The notes beneath the pieces are model-generated. The model was not told where the DNA came from. It made no database searches and worked only from the letters and a program-made list of their open reading frames with translations. From Faecousia sp. (lineage in GTDB: Bacteria; Bacillota; Clostridia; Oscillospirales; Oscillospiraceae): DNA of 44,752 nt. The stretch lies in NCBI GenBank assembly GCA_045540795.1, contig JAZQHW010000147.1, positions 1-44,752 of the forward strand, read 5' to 3'. Below are positions 26,170 through 35,177 of the stretch, piece by piece. The first letter of the stretch is position 1, and each line of letters starts with the position of its first letter. The translations under genes were made by a program, and so were the position numbers.

Positions 26170-27040
26170 AGCTTCCCATCAGGATCTTTGCCAGATCCGA
26201 ATCTTTGTCCAGAATGACCGTCTTTTCTGTGCCGGTGAGGCTATTCTTCAAAGCATCCAATGCTAAAGTGAACTCATAGAAATCCTTCTTGTCAGCGGTG
26301 TTATAGGCTGCCGCCAGCAGCTTCATATACTCTGCTTCGCCCTCAGCAATCAGCTTGGCAGATTCTGCCTGGGCATTGGAAACGATGATATTTACCTGCT
26401 TATCCACATTGTTGCGGATAATGGATGCGTCGTAGTTGCCGTCTGCGGTGTACTTTTCCGCCATCTGATTCCGTTCGGAGATCATACGGGAGTACACGGC
26501 ATTCAGGTTGGACTCCGGCAGGTCAAACTGCTTGATCTTCACATCCTCCACATGAATACCATAGGTAGCCGCCTGGCCATCCACCGTAGTGGCGATGCCT
26601 TCGTAGATCTCGTTACGCTCAGCACCGTCATTCATATTGATGATATCTGCCTGTGCCAGAGTACCCATTGCGGTTTTCAAGGCATTGTAGGTGATGGCAT
26701 TGAGCCGTTCCTCCGCTCTGCCGGTAGTACCCAAAGCGCGGTAGAACTGCTGGGGATCGCTGATCTTCCAAAGAATATAGCAGTCAACGGTCATATTCTG
26801 CTTGTCAGAGGTCAGCACCTCAGAGGGAGGAATATCGTAAAACTGCGTAGCCTTGGAAAAATACTTCACAGAATCCACAAAGGGCAGCTTGAAATGAATA
26901 CCCGCTTCTCCCACGGTATTGACGATCTCGGAAAACCGGAAGGTACAGGCATACTGGTTTTCTTCCACGGTGTAGAACATTCCGCTGGACACCACCACAA
27001 GCGCCAGTAAAATCACACCAATAATGATCCATTTTTTCAT
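26168..27040 (-). CDS. hflC: Protease modulator HflC (SPFH domain)
   Basis: N-terminal TM, GIHFKLPF, EVLTSDK, WKISDP, RMISER. Start ATG 27040 after GGAGGGG. Confidence 0.92.
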   Translation of the reverse strand: MKKWIIIGVILLALVVVSSGMFYTVEENQYACTFRFSEIVNTVGEAGIHFKLPFVDSVKYFSKATQFYDIPPSEVLTSDKQNMTVDCYILWKISDPQQFYRALGTTGRAEERLNAITYNALKTAMGTLAQADIINMNDGAERNEIYEGIATTVDGQAATYGIHVEDVKIKQFDLPESNLNAVYSRMISERNQMAEKYTADGNYDASIIRNNVDKQVNIIVSNAQAESAKLIAEGEAEYMKLLAAAYNTADKKDFYEFTLALDALKNSLTGTEKTVILDKDSDLAKILMGS

Positions 27041-27041
27041 A

Positions 27042-28037
27042 TTATTCCCCTCCCTGTGTCTGGACCATAGAATCCAGGGGCAGCAACATATCCACATTCT
27101 CTCCACTGCCGGTGTTGATATACACCTTCACACCGGGAAGAACCTGGCTGATGGCTTCATAATACATACGGCTGCGGGTAATGTCCGGATTTTGGGCATA
27201 TTCGGTGTACATTGCGTTAAACATTGCCACCTGCTCCACCGCTTCGTTGATACGCTTCTGACGAAGATACTCCGCATCCTGCAAAAGCTTATCTGCCTTT
27301 GCCTGGGCATCGGGCAGCTGAGCATTCTGATATGCCTTGGCGTCATTGACCACCGTTTCTGCCTTCTGCTTGGCAGTTTCCACCGCCTTAAATGCTTCAA
27401 TAACTTCCTGTGTAGGCGGTTCAGAGTCCTGGATCCGCACATCCACCAAAGTCAAGCCGATGTCATACTCCTCCAAAATCTGGGTCACCAGATCCTTCAC
27501 CTGCATCTGAATATTTTCCTTGCCGTCGGTAAGCACCGCGTCCACAGAAGTAGAGCCTACCACATTCCGCACCTGGCTTTGGATCAGATTCCGCAAAATG
27601 GTTTCCGGCTTGTTGGAAGAGTACAAATACCGCTCCGGGTTGGAGATCTTATACTCCACAAAGAAATCCACATTGACGATATTGTAATCACCGGTGATCA
27701 TTGTGCTCTCGTTGTCCTTGGTGGTATAATCGCCGTTACTCTCGGTGGTGTAACCCAACTCGATCTTCTGATATACATTTACATCCACCTTCTGCACCTT
27801 TTGAATCCCAAAGGGCAGCTTAAAATGCAAACCTGCATCGGTGATATCCGTCACCTTGCCAAAGGTCGTCACCACTGCCTGCTGCTTGTCATCCACCGTG
27901 TAGAAGCAAGTCGCAACCAAGCTGACTACCACAATTGCCGCAATGACGATCAAACCGATCCGCAAAACTTTTTTCCAGTCCTGGCTTTGCCCCGAATTTT
28001 GCTTCGGAGACCATCTGTAGCTTCCGTTTTGTTCCAT
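27042..28037 (-). CDS. hflK: FtsH protease modulator HflK (SPFH domain)
   Basis: TM, GLHFKLPFGI, MITGDYNIV, PPxQEVIEAF, PDITRSRMYYE. Adjacent to hflC; start ATG 28037 after AAGGAG. Confidence 0.92.
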   Translation of the reverse strand: MEQNGSYRWSPKQNSGQSQDWKKVLRIGLIVIAAIVVVSLVATCFYTVDDKQQAVVTTFGKVTDITDAGLHFKLPFGIQKVQKVDVNVYQKIELGYTTESNGDYTTKDNESTMITGDYNIVNVDFFVEYKISNPERYLYSSNKPETILRNLIQSQVRNVVGSTSVDAVLTDGKENIQMQVKDLVTQILEEYDIGLTLVDVRIQDSEPPTQEVIEAFKAVETAKQKAETVVNDAKAYQNAQLPDAQAKADKLLQDAEYLRQKRINEAVEQVAMFNAMYTEYAQNPDITRSRMYYEAISQVLPGVKVYINTGSGENVDMLLPLDSMVQTQGGE

Positions 28038-28052
28038 AAAATTCACTCCTTA

Positions 28053-28610
28053 TTAATGTATGTCCAGTTCGTCCAGCATTTTCTCCGCTTCCTGACGCAT
28101 CCGGGCAGCCACGTATGCCGTCAGCATCACCCGCAGCACCTGCTTGACCCGTTCCCGGGCACCTTCCACAGGCTCCCGGTAGGCTGCCAGCGTCTGTTCC
28201 AGAACTGCATCCGGATCACCTGCCTGGTCCAGCTCCTTCACCTTTGCCGCCAGCCGCACAAACATAAAATACAGCTGGGAGTCATCGATCATATCATCGC
28301 TCTCATCATTCAAGTGACCGTTGATATAGCCCAACAGTCCGCAGATTCGCTCCATAGGAAGCACCGACTTAAGCATATTGATATTGATGATCCGGCAAAG
28401 CTGCCGCAAGGTGTACCGCTTTCGCTCCGGAGGCACCAGAAATCCCCGCTTCACCCAGTTTTGCACCGTGTAAGGCTCCAAACCGGTGATCCCGGACACC
28501 TGACTCAGAACGATCCCACCTGCCAAAAACATAGAACGGAAAACATCTTCAATATTCTCTGCGTTTTCCCGGGGGATCTCCAATACCGTTCCCGGTATCG
28601 TCCATTTCAT
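28053..28610 (-). CDS. DUF1836-domain protein (MerR-like HTH, putative regulator)
   Basis: LSQV...LEPYTVQNWVKRGFLVPPERKRYT...LKSVL pattern. Confidence 0.8.
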   Translation of the reverse strand: MKWTIPGTVLEIPRENAENIEDVFRSMFLAGGIVLSQVSGITGLEPYTVQNWVKRGFLVPPERKRYTLRQLCRIININMLKSVLPMERICGLLGYINGHLNDESDDMIDDSQLYFMFVRLAAKVKELDQAGDPDAVLEQTLAAYREPVEGARERVKQVLRVMLTAYVAARMRQEAEKMLDELDIH

Positions 28611-28640
28611 ACCATCACCCTTTCTTTTTGAAGTGACTTG

Positions 28641-28669
28641 ATTATATCATATGGTTATGTGATTGTCAA
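28641..28669 (-). promoter_or_regulatory. Consensus sigma-A promoter for DUF1836-hflK-hflC
   Basis: Minus strand TTGACA-17 nt-TATAAT with extended TG. Confidence 0.85.
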
Positions 28670-28728
28670 GTATTATTTTATAATTGTTTGTTTAGCAAAA
28701 AAAGTATCGATTTATCCCTCCTTTCCTC

Positions 28729-28757
28729 TTTACGAACCGGAGAAAATGGTGTACAAT
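28729..28757 (+). promoter_or_regulatory. Putative sigma-A promoter for the zinc-ribbon gene-parA-parB-serS operon
   Basis: TTTACG-17 nt-TACAAT. Confidence 0.6.
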
Positions 28758-28789
28758 AGGAGAGAATATTATGATGAGGAGTGTGGGCT

Positions 28790-29137
28790 ATGCATTGCTT
28801 GAAATGCGGTAAGGAAACAGAAGAATCTCAAATCTTTTGCCCGGAATGTCTGCAAATGATGGATTCCTATCCTGTAAAGCCCGGCACCCCTGTGATTTTG
28901 CCCCAACGAAATCATACTTCCGGTGAGAAAGCAAACCACAAAAAAGAGCAAACACCGGAAGAACAGCTCCGTACCCTGCGTAATATTTCCCGCATTCTCC
29001 TGGCGGCTGTGGCAGTTCTCTCGGTTCTTCTGTGCATTACCGGTGTTTTACTCCTCCGCACGCTGGACCGCACCGCCCCTGCTCAAGAGGCACCACCCAA
29101 TAACATTGGTAGGAATTATACCACAACTTCCGGTTAG
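28790..29137 (+). CDS. Small zinc-ribbon membrane protein
   Basis: MHCLKCG...FCPEC (two CxxC) and one C-terminal TM helix. ATG 28790 after GAGGAG. Confidence 0.75.
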   Translation: MHCLKCGKETEESQIFCPECLQMMDSYPVKPGTPVILPQRNHTSGEKANHKKEQTPEEQLRTLRNISRILLAAVAVLSVLLCITGVLLLRTLDRTAPAQEAPPNNIGRNYTTTSG

Positions 29138-29150
29138 ACTCGAACCGAAA

Positions 29151-29166
29151 TGTTTCACGTGAAACA
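29151..29166. promoter_or_regulatory. parS: parS centromere site 1
   Basis: Perfect palindrome TGTTTCACGTGAAACA, matching the Spo0J/ParB consensus, upstream of parA. Confidence 0.97.
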
Positions 29167-29179
29167 TTGCCGAACCATT

Positions 29180-29195
29180 TGTTTCACGTGAAACA
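29180..29195. promoter_or_regulatory. parS: parS centromere site 2
   Basis: Second perfect TGTTTCACGTGAAACA, offset 29 bp from the first. Confidence 0.97.
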
Positions 29196-29217
29196 ATACA
29201 AACAAAGGAGAAACCCT

Positions 29218-29973
29218 ATGGGTAAGATCGTTGCCATTGTGAACCAAAAAGGCGGCGTGGGAAAGACCACCACCGCCGTCAATCTCACCGCAACCCTCAC
29301 AGACGCAGGTAAGAAAGTCCTTCTATGCGACTTTGACCCTCAAGCCAACGCAACCTCCGGCTTAGGTGTGGACAAACGGAAGCTGAAGCTTTCTGCATAC
29401 GATGTGATCATTGACGGCACTTCCGCAAAAGAAGTGATCCAACACACGAAGTACGGCGATGTACTCCCTGCCAGTGCAGGCTTGGCAGGTGCTGCAGTGG
29501 AGCTTTTAAGCCTGCCGGAACCAAACTTCCGGCTGCGGAAAGGGCTGCAGCCCTTAATAGATGAATACGATGTAATCTTAATTGACTGTCCCCCTTCTCT
29601 GGAACTGCTGACCATCAATGCGTTGGCAGCAGCAGACAGTATTTTGATCCCGGTACAGTGCGAATACTACGCATTGGAAGGTCTGGCAGACCTGATGACC
29701 ACGCTGCGCCTTATGAAAAAGCGCATAAATCCCACATTGGAGATCTTCGGTGTCATTCTTACGATGTTTGACGGACGAACCAATTTTTCCAATCAAGTGG
29801 CGCAGGAGGTTCGCCGTCATTTCCCCGGCAAGGTATTTGCCAACGTAATCCCCCGAAATGTGCGTCTTGCAGAAGCGCCCAGCCACGGTCTGCCCATCAC
29901 GGTATATGACCGAAGCAGCCGGGGTGCTGTAGCGTATAGAGCCATTACCGAAGAAATTATTAAACGCCTGTAA
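29218..29973 (+). CDS. parA: ParA/Soj chromosome partitioning ATPase
   Basis: NQKGGVGKTT, DFDPQANAT, IDCPP, PVQCEYYALEG, IPRNVRLAEAPS. ATG 29218 after AAGGAG. Confidence 0.97.
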   Translation: MGKIVAIVNQKGGVGKTTTAVNLTATLTDAGKKVLLCDFDPQANATSGLGVDKRKLKLSAYDVIIDGTSAKEVIQHTKYGDVLPASAGLAGAAVELLSLPEPNFRLRKGLQPLIDEYDVILIDCPPSLELLTINALAAADSILIPVQCEYYALEGLADLMTTLRLMKKRINPTLEIFGVILTMFDGRTNFSNQVAQEVRRHFPGKVFANVIPRNVRLAEAPSHGLPITVYDRSSRGAVAYRAITEEIIKRL

Positions 29974-29980
29974 AGAAAGG

Positions 29981-30850
29981 ATGATAAATTTGGCTGCATC
30001 AAAAGGGTTGAACAGAGGCCTGGGAACGCTGCTGGATGATCCACTGCTGGAACAGGCAAGCAACAGTCCCTATCAATTACTGCCGCTGCATAAGGTAGAA
30101 CCGAATCCGGATCAGCCACGGCAGGATTTTGATGAAGAAGAACTGCAATCTCTGGCAGATTCCATTGCCACCCACGGAGTAGTGCAACCTCTGACCGTTC
30201 GGGAGCTGCCCTCCGGATATTATCAAATCATTGCCGGCGAGCGTCGCTGGCGTGCCGCAAGACTGGCTGGCTTGTCAGAAGTTCCGGTAATCATTACTGA
30301 AGCAGACGATAAGCTGACTATGGAGCTGGCGCTGATCGAAAATCTTCAACGACAGGACTTAAACCCTGTGGAAGAAGCCATGGGTTACCGTGTCTTGATG
30401 GAAGAATACGGACTTACCCAGGAGGATACCGCATCCCGGGTGGGAAAATCCCGTCCCGCTGTGACAAATGCCCTGCGGCTGCTGGCACTTCCCTCTGTTG
30501 TTCTGGATATGCTGCGGTCAGGAGAGCTTTCCGCCGGACACGCAAGAGCCGTGCTTTCCTTAAAAACAGAGAAGCAACAAGTAGACATTGCCAACAAGAT
30601 CATAAATTTAGGTCTTTCTGTCCGGCAGGCAGAAATGCTTTGCAAGAATATGCTCCGGGATCCTGCCCCCAAGCAGGAAACCTTCTTTGCCGTGGACTAT
30701 GTGGCAGAATGTGAAAAAACCCTGTCCAAGCATTTAGGCAGAGGCGTCAAGATCGTCAACGGCAAGCGGAAAGGCCGCTTTGAATTGGAATTTTACGGGC
30801 AGGAGGATCTGCAGATCCTGCTGGATGCCCTGTTAAAAATAAAAAAATAA
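29981..30850 (+). CDS. parB: ParB/Spo0J partitioning protein
   Basis: GLNRGL, PNPDQPR, IIAGERRWRA, ENLQRQDL, HTH GKSRPAVTNALRLL. TTG 29990 is an alternative start. Confidence 0.97.
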   Translation: MINLAASKGLNRGLGTLLDDPLLEQASNSPYQLLPLHKVEPNPDQPRQDFDEEELQSLADSIATHGVVQPLTVRELPSGYYQIIAGERRWRAARLAGLSEVPVIITEADDKLTMELALIENLQRQDLNPVEEAMGYRVLMEEYGLTQEDTASRVGKSRPAVTNALRLLALPSVVLDMLRSGELSAGHARAVLSLKTEKQQVDIANKIINLGLSVRQAEMLCKNMLRDPAPKQETFFAVDYVAECEKTLSKHLGRGVKIVNGKRKGRFELEFYGQEDLQILLDALLKIKK

Positions 30851-30877
30851 GTAGAAGTCATCAAAGGAGAGGTTACT

Positions 30878-32209
30878 ATGTTAGATATTAAAATTATCAA
30901 GGAAAATCCCGATGCCGTTAAGGCTGGCTTGAAAGCAAAAGAGGTAGACTGTGACGTGATCGTAGATCGGATCCTGGAACTGGATGTGCAGATCCGTGGA
31001 CTGAAAACCTCCACCGAGACCCAAACTGCCCAAAAGAACAAGCTGGCAAAGGAAAACGGCAAGCTATTCGGTCAGAAGAAGGGCGCAGAAAAGCAAGGTA
31101 AGGACACCGCAGAGCTGGACGCACAGATCGAAGCCAACAAGCAGGAGAGCATTCGCCTGGACGCTGCCATTGCTGACGATGCCGCAAAGCTGAAGGAGCT
31201 GAATGTGGAATTCCGCACTGCAATGCTCAGCCTTCCCAATCTGCCGGACGCAGACTTGAAGCCCGGTGGCAAGGAAAACAACGAGCCTCTGCGTTATGTA
31301 GGCAATAAGCCCAACTTTGATTTTGAGCCCAAGCACCATGTGGATCTTTGCACCGATTTGGGTCTGATCGACTACGAGCGGGGCGTTAAGCTGGCAGGCG
31401 CCGGTAACTGGATGTACACCGGTATGGGCGCAAGACTGGAGTGGGCACTGCTGAACTACTTCATCGATACTCACACTGCTGACGGCTATGATTTCATTCT
31501 GCCGCCTCATATGCTGGAGTACCAGTGCGGCGAAACTGCCGGTCAGTTCCCCAAATTTGCAGACGAAGTGTACAAGATCGCCAACCCCACTGATGACCGG
31601 ATCCATTATATGCTTCCCACTGCAGAAGCAGCACTGGCAAGCGTTTACCGTGACGAGATCCTGTCTGAGGCAGATCTCCCCAAGAAATTCTTTGCTTATA
31701 CCCCCTGCTTCCGCAGAGAAGCCGGTTCTCACCGTGCTGACGAGCGTGGTATGGTTCGGGGACACCAGTTTAATAAAGTGGAAATGTTCCAGTTCACCAA
31801 GCCTGAGGATTCCGATGCCGCATTTGACGAGCTGGTAACCAAGGCGGAAAAGCTGGTGGAAGGATTGGGCTTCCATTTCCGTACCGTAAAGCTGGCAGCA
31901 GGCGACTGCTCCGCTTCTATGGCAAGAACCTACGATATTGAGATCCTTATTCCCTCTATGGATGGCTACAAGGAAGTTTCCTCTGTGTCCAATGCCCGGG
32001 ATTACCAGGCTCGCCGGGGTAACATCCGCTTCCGTCGGGAAGCTACCGGCAAGCCGGAGTTCCTCCACACCCTCAACGGTTCCGGTCTGGCTACCTCCCG
32101 TATCTTCCCGGCACTGGTGGAGCAGAACCAGAGAGCTGACGGATCCATCGTCGTGCCCGAGGTCCTGCGGAAATATTTGGGCGGTCTAGAAATCATCGAA
32201 AAGAAATAA
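30878..32209 (+). CDS. serS: Serine--tRNA ligase
   Basis: MLDIK start, PTAE, CFRREAG, HQFNKVE, EVSSVSN, HTLNGSGLA. Confidence 0.98.
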   Translation: MLDIKIIKENPDAVKAGLKAKEVDCDVIVDRILELDVQIRGLKTSTETQTAQKNKLAKENGKLFGQKKGAEKQGKDTAELDAQIEANKQESIRLDAAIADDAAKLKELNVEFRTAMLSLPNLPDADLKPGGKENNEPLRYVGNKPNFDFEPKHHVDLCTDLGLIDYERGVKLAGAGNWMYTGMGARLEWALLNYFIDTHTADGYDFILPPHMLEYQCGETAGQFPKFADEVYKIANPTDDRIHYMLPTAEAALASVYRDEILSEADLPKKFFAYTPCFRREAGSHRADERGMVRGHQFNKVEMFQFTKPEDSDAAFDELVTKAEKLVEGLGFHFRTVKLAAGDCSASMARTYDIEILIPSMDGYKEVSSVSNARDYQARRGNIRFRREATGKPEFLHTLNGSGLATSRIFPALVEQNQRADGSIVVPEVLRKYLGGLEIIEKK

Positions 32210-32249
32210 TTATAAATATTATGTAAACCATTGAAAGGAGCGCAATACT

Positions 32250-32714
32250 ATGAAAAAGCTGCAAAAACCTTCCTGGTGGGACGAATTCAAGACCTTTGCC
32301 ATTAAGGGCAACGCAATGGCACTGGCAGTTGGTACTATCATCGGTGCTGCCTTCTCCACCATCACCAAAAGTCTGACAGATGACATTATTATGCCTGTGG
32401 TATCCATCTTCCTGGGCGGTATCGACTTCTCCGAACTGAAGATCGTCCTGCCCCGTCTGTGGGGAGAAGCCAAGCTGGACGAAGCCGGCAATGAGATCCT
32501 CAACACCCTGAACTGGGGCAACTTCCTGTCTGCCGTGATCAACTTCTTCATTTTGGCACTGGTGGTATTCTTCCTGGTAAAGGGACTGAACAAACTGGCT
32601 GAGATCGGCAAAAAGGAGGAAGAACCCGCTCCCGAAGAAGAGCCGGCACCTCCCGAGCCCACCAATGAGGAGCTTCTGTTGACGGAAATCCGGGATTTGC
32701 TGAAAAACAAGTAG
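32250..32714 (+). CDS. mscL: Large-conductance mechanosensitive channel
   Basis: EFKTFAIKGNAMALAVGTIIGAAF...INF...LLTEIRDLL. Confidence 0.97.
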   Translation: MKKLQKPSWWDEFKTFAIKGNAMALAVGTIIGAAFSTITKSLTDDIIMPVVSIFLGGIDFSELKIVLPRLWGEAKLDEAGNEILNTLNWGNFLSAVINFFILALVVFFLVKGLNKLAEIGKKEEEPAPEEEPAPPEPTNEELLLTEIRDLLKNK

Positions 32715-32731
32715 TTTTATATCGAAAACCT

Positions 32732-32760
32732 TTGACAAACTGTGTAAACAGGTCTATAAT
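32732..32760 (+). promoter_or_regulatory. Consensus sigma-A promoter for nfnAB
   Basis: TTGACA-17 nt-TATAAT. Confidence 0.88.
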
Positions 32761-32808
32761 TGGTTTTTAGGTTGTTTATGCCAAGAACAAAAGAAGGAAG
32801 GAATCAGG

Positions 32809-33663
32809 ATGTTTAAAATCGTTCGCAAGAAGGAGCTGAACGAGGCCGTTACTCTGCTGGAGATCGAGGCACCTTTCATTGCCAAGAAAGCAAAAGCCGG
32901 TCAGTTTATCATTTTCCGGATCGACGAACAGGGTGAGCGTGTTCCCCTAACCATTGCCGGCTATGACCGGGAAAAGGGCACCGTAACCATTATCTTCCAG
33001 AAGGTTGGTTTTGCTACCATCGCTCTGGGCAGCCTGAAGGAAGGCGATTACATTAGGGACTTTGTAGGTCCTCTGGGTAAGCCCACCCCCGTGGAAGGCA
33101 AGAAGCGTGTCTGCGTGGTAGGCGGCGGTGTCGGCTGTGCCATCGCACTGCCCTCTGCACAGGCATTTAAGGAAGCCGGTGCGGAAGTGGATGTGATCGT
33201 TGGCTTCCGTAGCAAGGATATTGTGATCCTGGAAGAGGAATTCAAGGCAGTTGCCGACAATATGTACCTGATGACCGATGACGGCTCTTACGGAGAGCAG
33301 GGCTTCGTTACTGTGAAGCTGCAGCAGCTGCTGGAAGCCGGTCGGGAATATGACGAAGTTCTGGCAATCGGACCGGTTCCCATGATGAAGTTCGTCTGCA
33401 AGACCACCGAGCCCTTCGGTGTACATACCAGCGTTTCTCTGAACCCCATTATGGTGGATGGCACCGGTATGTGCGGCGGCTGCCGTGTTACCGTTGGCGG
33501 CGAAACCAAGTTTGCCTGTGTGGACGGTCCTGAATTTGACGGTCACAAGGTAGACTTTGCTGAGCTGATGAGCCGTAACAGTACCTATCGTGGCAGAGAA
33601 GCCGATGTAAAAGAACACCATGCCTGCCGCATTGAAGCAATGGGCAAGGAACTGATTAAATAA
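32809..33663 (+). CDS. nfnA: Electron-bifurcating transhydrogenase small subunit NfnA (SudB/PyrK-like)
   Basis: GERVPLTI, GPLG, GGGVG, MVDGTGMCGGCR...CVDGPEF. Paired with the downstream GltD-like gene. Confidence 0.92.
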   Translation: MFKIVRKKELNEAVTLLEIEAPFIAKKAKAGQFIIFRIDEQGERVPLTIAGYDREKGTVTIIFQKVGFATIALGSLKEGDYIRDFVGPLGKPTPVEGKKRVCVVGGGVGCAIALPSAQAFKEAGAEVDVIVGFRSKDIVILEEEFKAVADNMYLMTDDGSYGEQGFVTVKLQQLLEAGREYDEVLAIGPVPMMKFVCKTTEPFGVHTSVSLNPIMVDGTGMCGGCRVTVGGETKFACVDGPEFDGHKVDFAELMSRNSTYRGREADVKEHHACRIEAMGKELIK

Positions 33664-33676
33664 GGAGGAAACTGTA

Positions 33677-35059
33677 ATGGCAAATATGACTTTAGTCAAG
33701 ACCCCTATGCCCGAGCAGGATCCTCATATCCGTGCCCGGAACTTCAAAGAAGTGGCATTGGGCTATACCGCTGAAATGGCAATCGAAGAAGCAAACCGCT
33801 GCCTGGGCTGCAAAAATCCCAAATGTGTAGAAGGCTGCCCCGTCAATGTCCGGATCCCGGAATTTATCAAGAAGGTGCAGGAAGGCGATTTTAAAACCGC
33901 TTATGAGATCATCACCTCCACCAACGCACTGCCCGCCCTGTCCGGTAGAGTCTGCCCCCAGGAAAGCCAGTGCGAAAGCAAGTGTGTCCGTGGTATCAAG
34001 GGTGAGCCTGTTGCCATCGGCAGACTGGAGCGTTTTGTTGCTGACTGGTATCGGGAGAACATCAACGCTATGCCCGAAAAGGTCGCTTCCAACGGCAAGA
34101 AGGTGGCAGTTGTAGGTTCCGGCCCTGCCGGTATGACCGCAGCTTCCGACCTGGCTAAAAAGGGCTACGAAGTGACTATGTTTGAAGCTCTGCATACCGC
34201 CGGCGGTGTGCTGGTTTACGGTATTCCGGAGTTCCGTCTGCCCAAGGCTATCGTGGCAAACGAGGTCAAGAAGCTGGAAGCACAGGGTGTGGAAGTGATG
34301 ACCAATATGGTCATCGGCAGAGTGCTGACCATTGACGAGCTGTTTGAAATGGGCTACAAGGCTGTATTCGTAGGCTCCGGTGCCGGTCTGCCTATGTTTA
34401 TGAACATCCCCGGTGAGTCCCTGGTGGGTGTTATGTCCGCCAACGAATATCTGACCCGTACCAACCTGATGAAGGCATATGATGAAAATTACGATACGCC
34501 TATCATCAAGAGTAAGGCTGTAGCCGTTGTCGGCGGCGGTAACGTGGCTATGGACGCTGCCCGCTGCGCAATGCGTTTGGGCGCTGAGCACGTATATGTT
34601 GTCTACCGCCGTGGCGAAGCAGAAATGCCCGCCCGTGCCGAAGAAAAGCATCACGCCAAGGAAGAGGGCATCGAGTTTAAGACTCTGTGCAATCCCATTG
34701 AGATCGTCGGTGACGAGAACGGCAGAGTCTGCGGTATGAAGTGCATCCGTATGGAGCTGGGTGAGCCGGACGCTTCCGGTCGCCGCCGTCCCATCGAGGT
34801 TCCCAATTCCGAGTTTATACTGGATGTGGATACCGTAATTATGTCCCTGGGCACCAGCCCCACCCCCCTGCTCCGGACCACTACCCCCGGTCTTGAGACC
34901 AACAAAAAGGGCTGTCTCATCGTCAACGAAGAGGAAATGACCACCCGTGACGGTGTCTTTGCCGGCGGCGATGCCGTTACCGGCGCTGCTACCGTCATCC
35001 TGGCAATGGGTGCCGGTAAGAAGGGCGCTGCTGCCATCGATGCCTACCTGAGCAAGTAA
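33677..35059 (+). CDS. nfnB: Electron-bifurcating transhydrogenase large subunit NfnB (often annotated as NADPH-dependent glutamate synthase small subunit)
   Basis: RCLGCKNPKCVEGCP, GRVCPQESQCE, GSGPAG, YGIPEFRL, GGGNVAMD. No gltB large subunit adjacent. Confidence 0.92.
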   Translation: MANMTLVKTPMPEQDPHIRARNFKEVALGYTAEMAIEEANRCLGCKNPKCVEGCPVNVRIPEFIKKVQEGDFKTAYEIITSTNALPALSGRVCPQESQCESKCVRGIKGEPVAIGRLERFVADWYRENINAMPEKVASNGKKVAVVGSGPAGMTAASDLAKKGYEVTMFEALHTAGGVLVYGIPEFRLPKAIVANEVKKLEAQGVEVMTNMVIGRVLTIDELFEMGYKAVFVGSGAGLPMFMNIPGESLVGVMSANEYLTRTNLMKAYDENYDTPIIKSKAVAVVGGGNVAMDAARCAMRLGAEHVYVVYRRGEAEMPARAEEKHHAKEEGIEFKTLCNPIEIVGDENGRVCGMKCIRMELGEPDASGRRRPIEVPNSEFILDVDTVIMSLGTSPTPLLRTTTPGLETNKKGCLIVNEEEMTTRDGVFAGGDAVTGAATVILAMGAGKKGAAAIDAYLSK

Positions 35060-35072
35060 TTAGAATCTTTTT

Positions 35073-35105
35073 AAGCCGCAAGTTCTTTTGAACTTGCGGC
35101 TTTTA
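35073..35105 (+). terminator. Intrinsic terminator of nfnAB
   Basis: AAGCCGCAAGTTC-TTTT-GAACTTGCGGCTT followed by a T-run. Confidence 0.88.
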
Positions 35106-35139
35106 TGCGCAAGTTTCGGAAGGAGCTTGCGCATTTTTT
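35105..35139 (+). terminator. Second tandem terminator-like hairpin
   Basis: ATGCGCAAG...CTTGCGCAT followed by TTTTT. Confidence 0.6.
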
Positions 35140-35177
35140 GGGTTTTGTCCCCATAGGCTTGTTCTGGAGGGATGTAT

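Noticed and set aside
26400-26408. Perfect DnaA box TTATCCACA
   Set aside because: A single copy inside hflC with no cluster or AT-rich unwinding element, so not oriC.
27024-28631. 535-aa + strand ORF, and similar ones opposite serS, nfnB and gyrA
   Set aside because: Antisense to well-supported conserved genes.
33677-35059. Glutamate synthase
   Set aside because: No large subunit. Pairing with a PyrK/SudB-like gene indicates NfnAB.
35131-35159. Sporulation sigma (G/E) promoter for pdaA (GCATT...CATAGGCT)
   Set aside because: The match and spacing are too loose to support a call.
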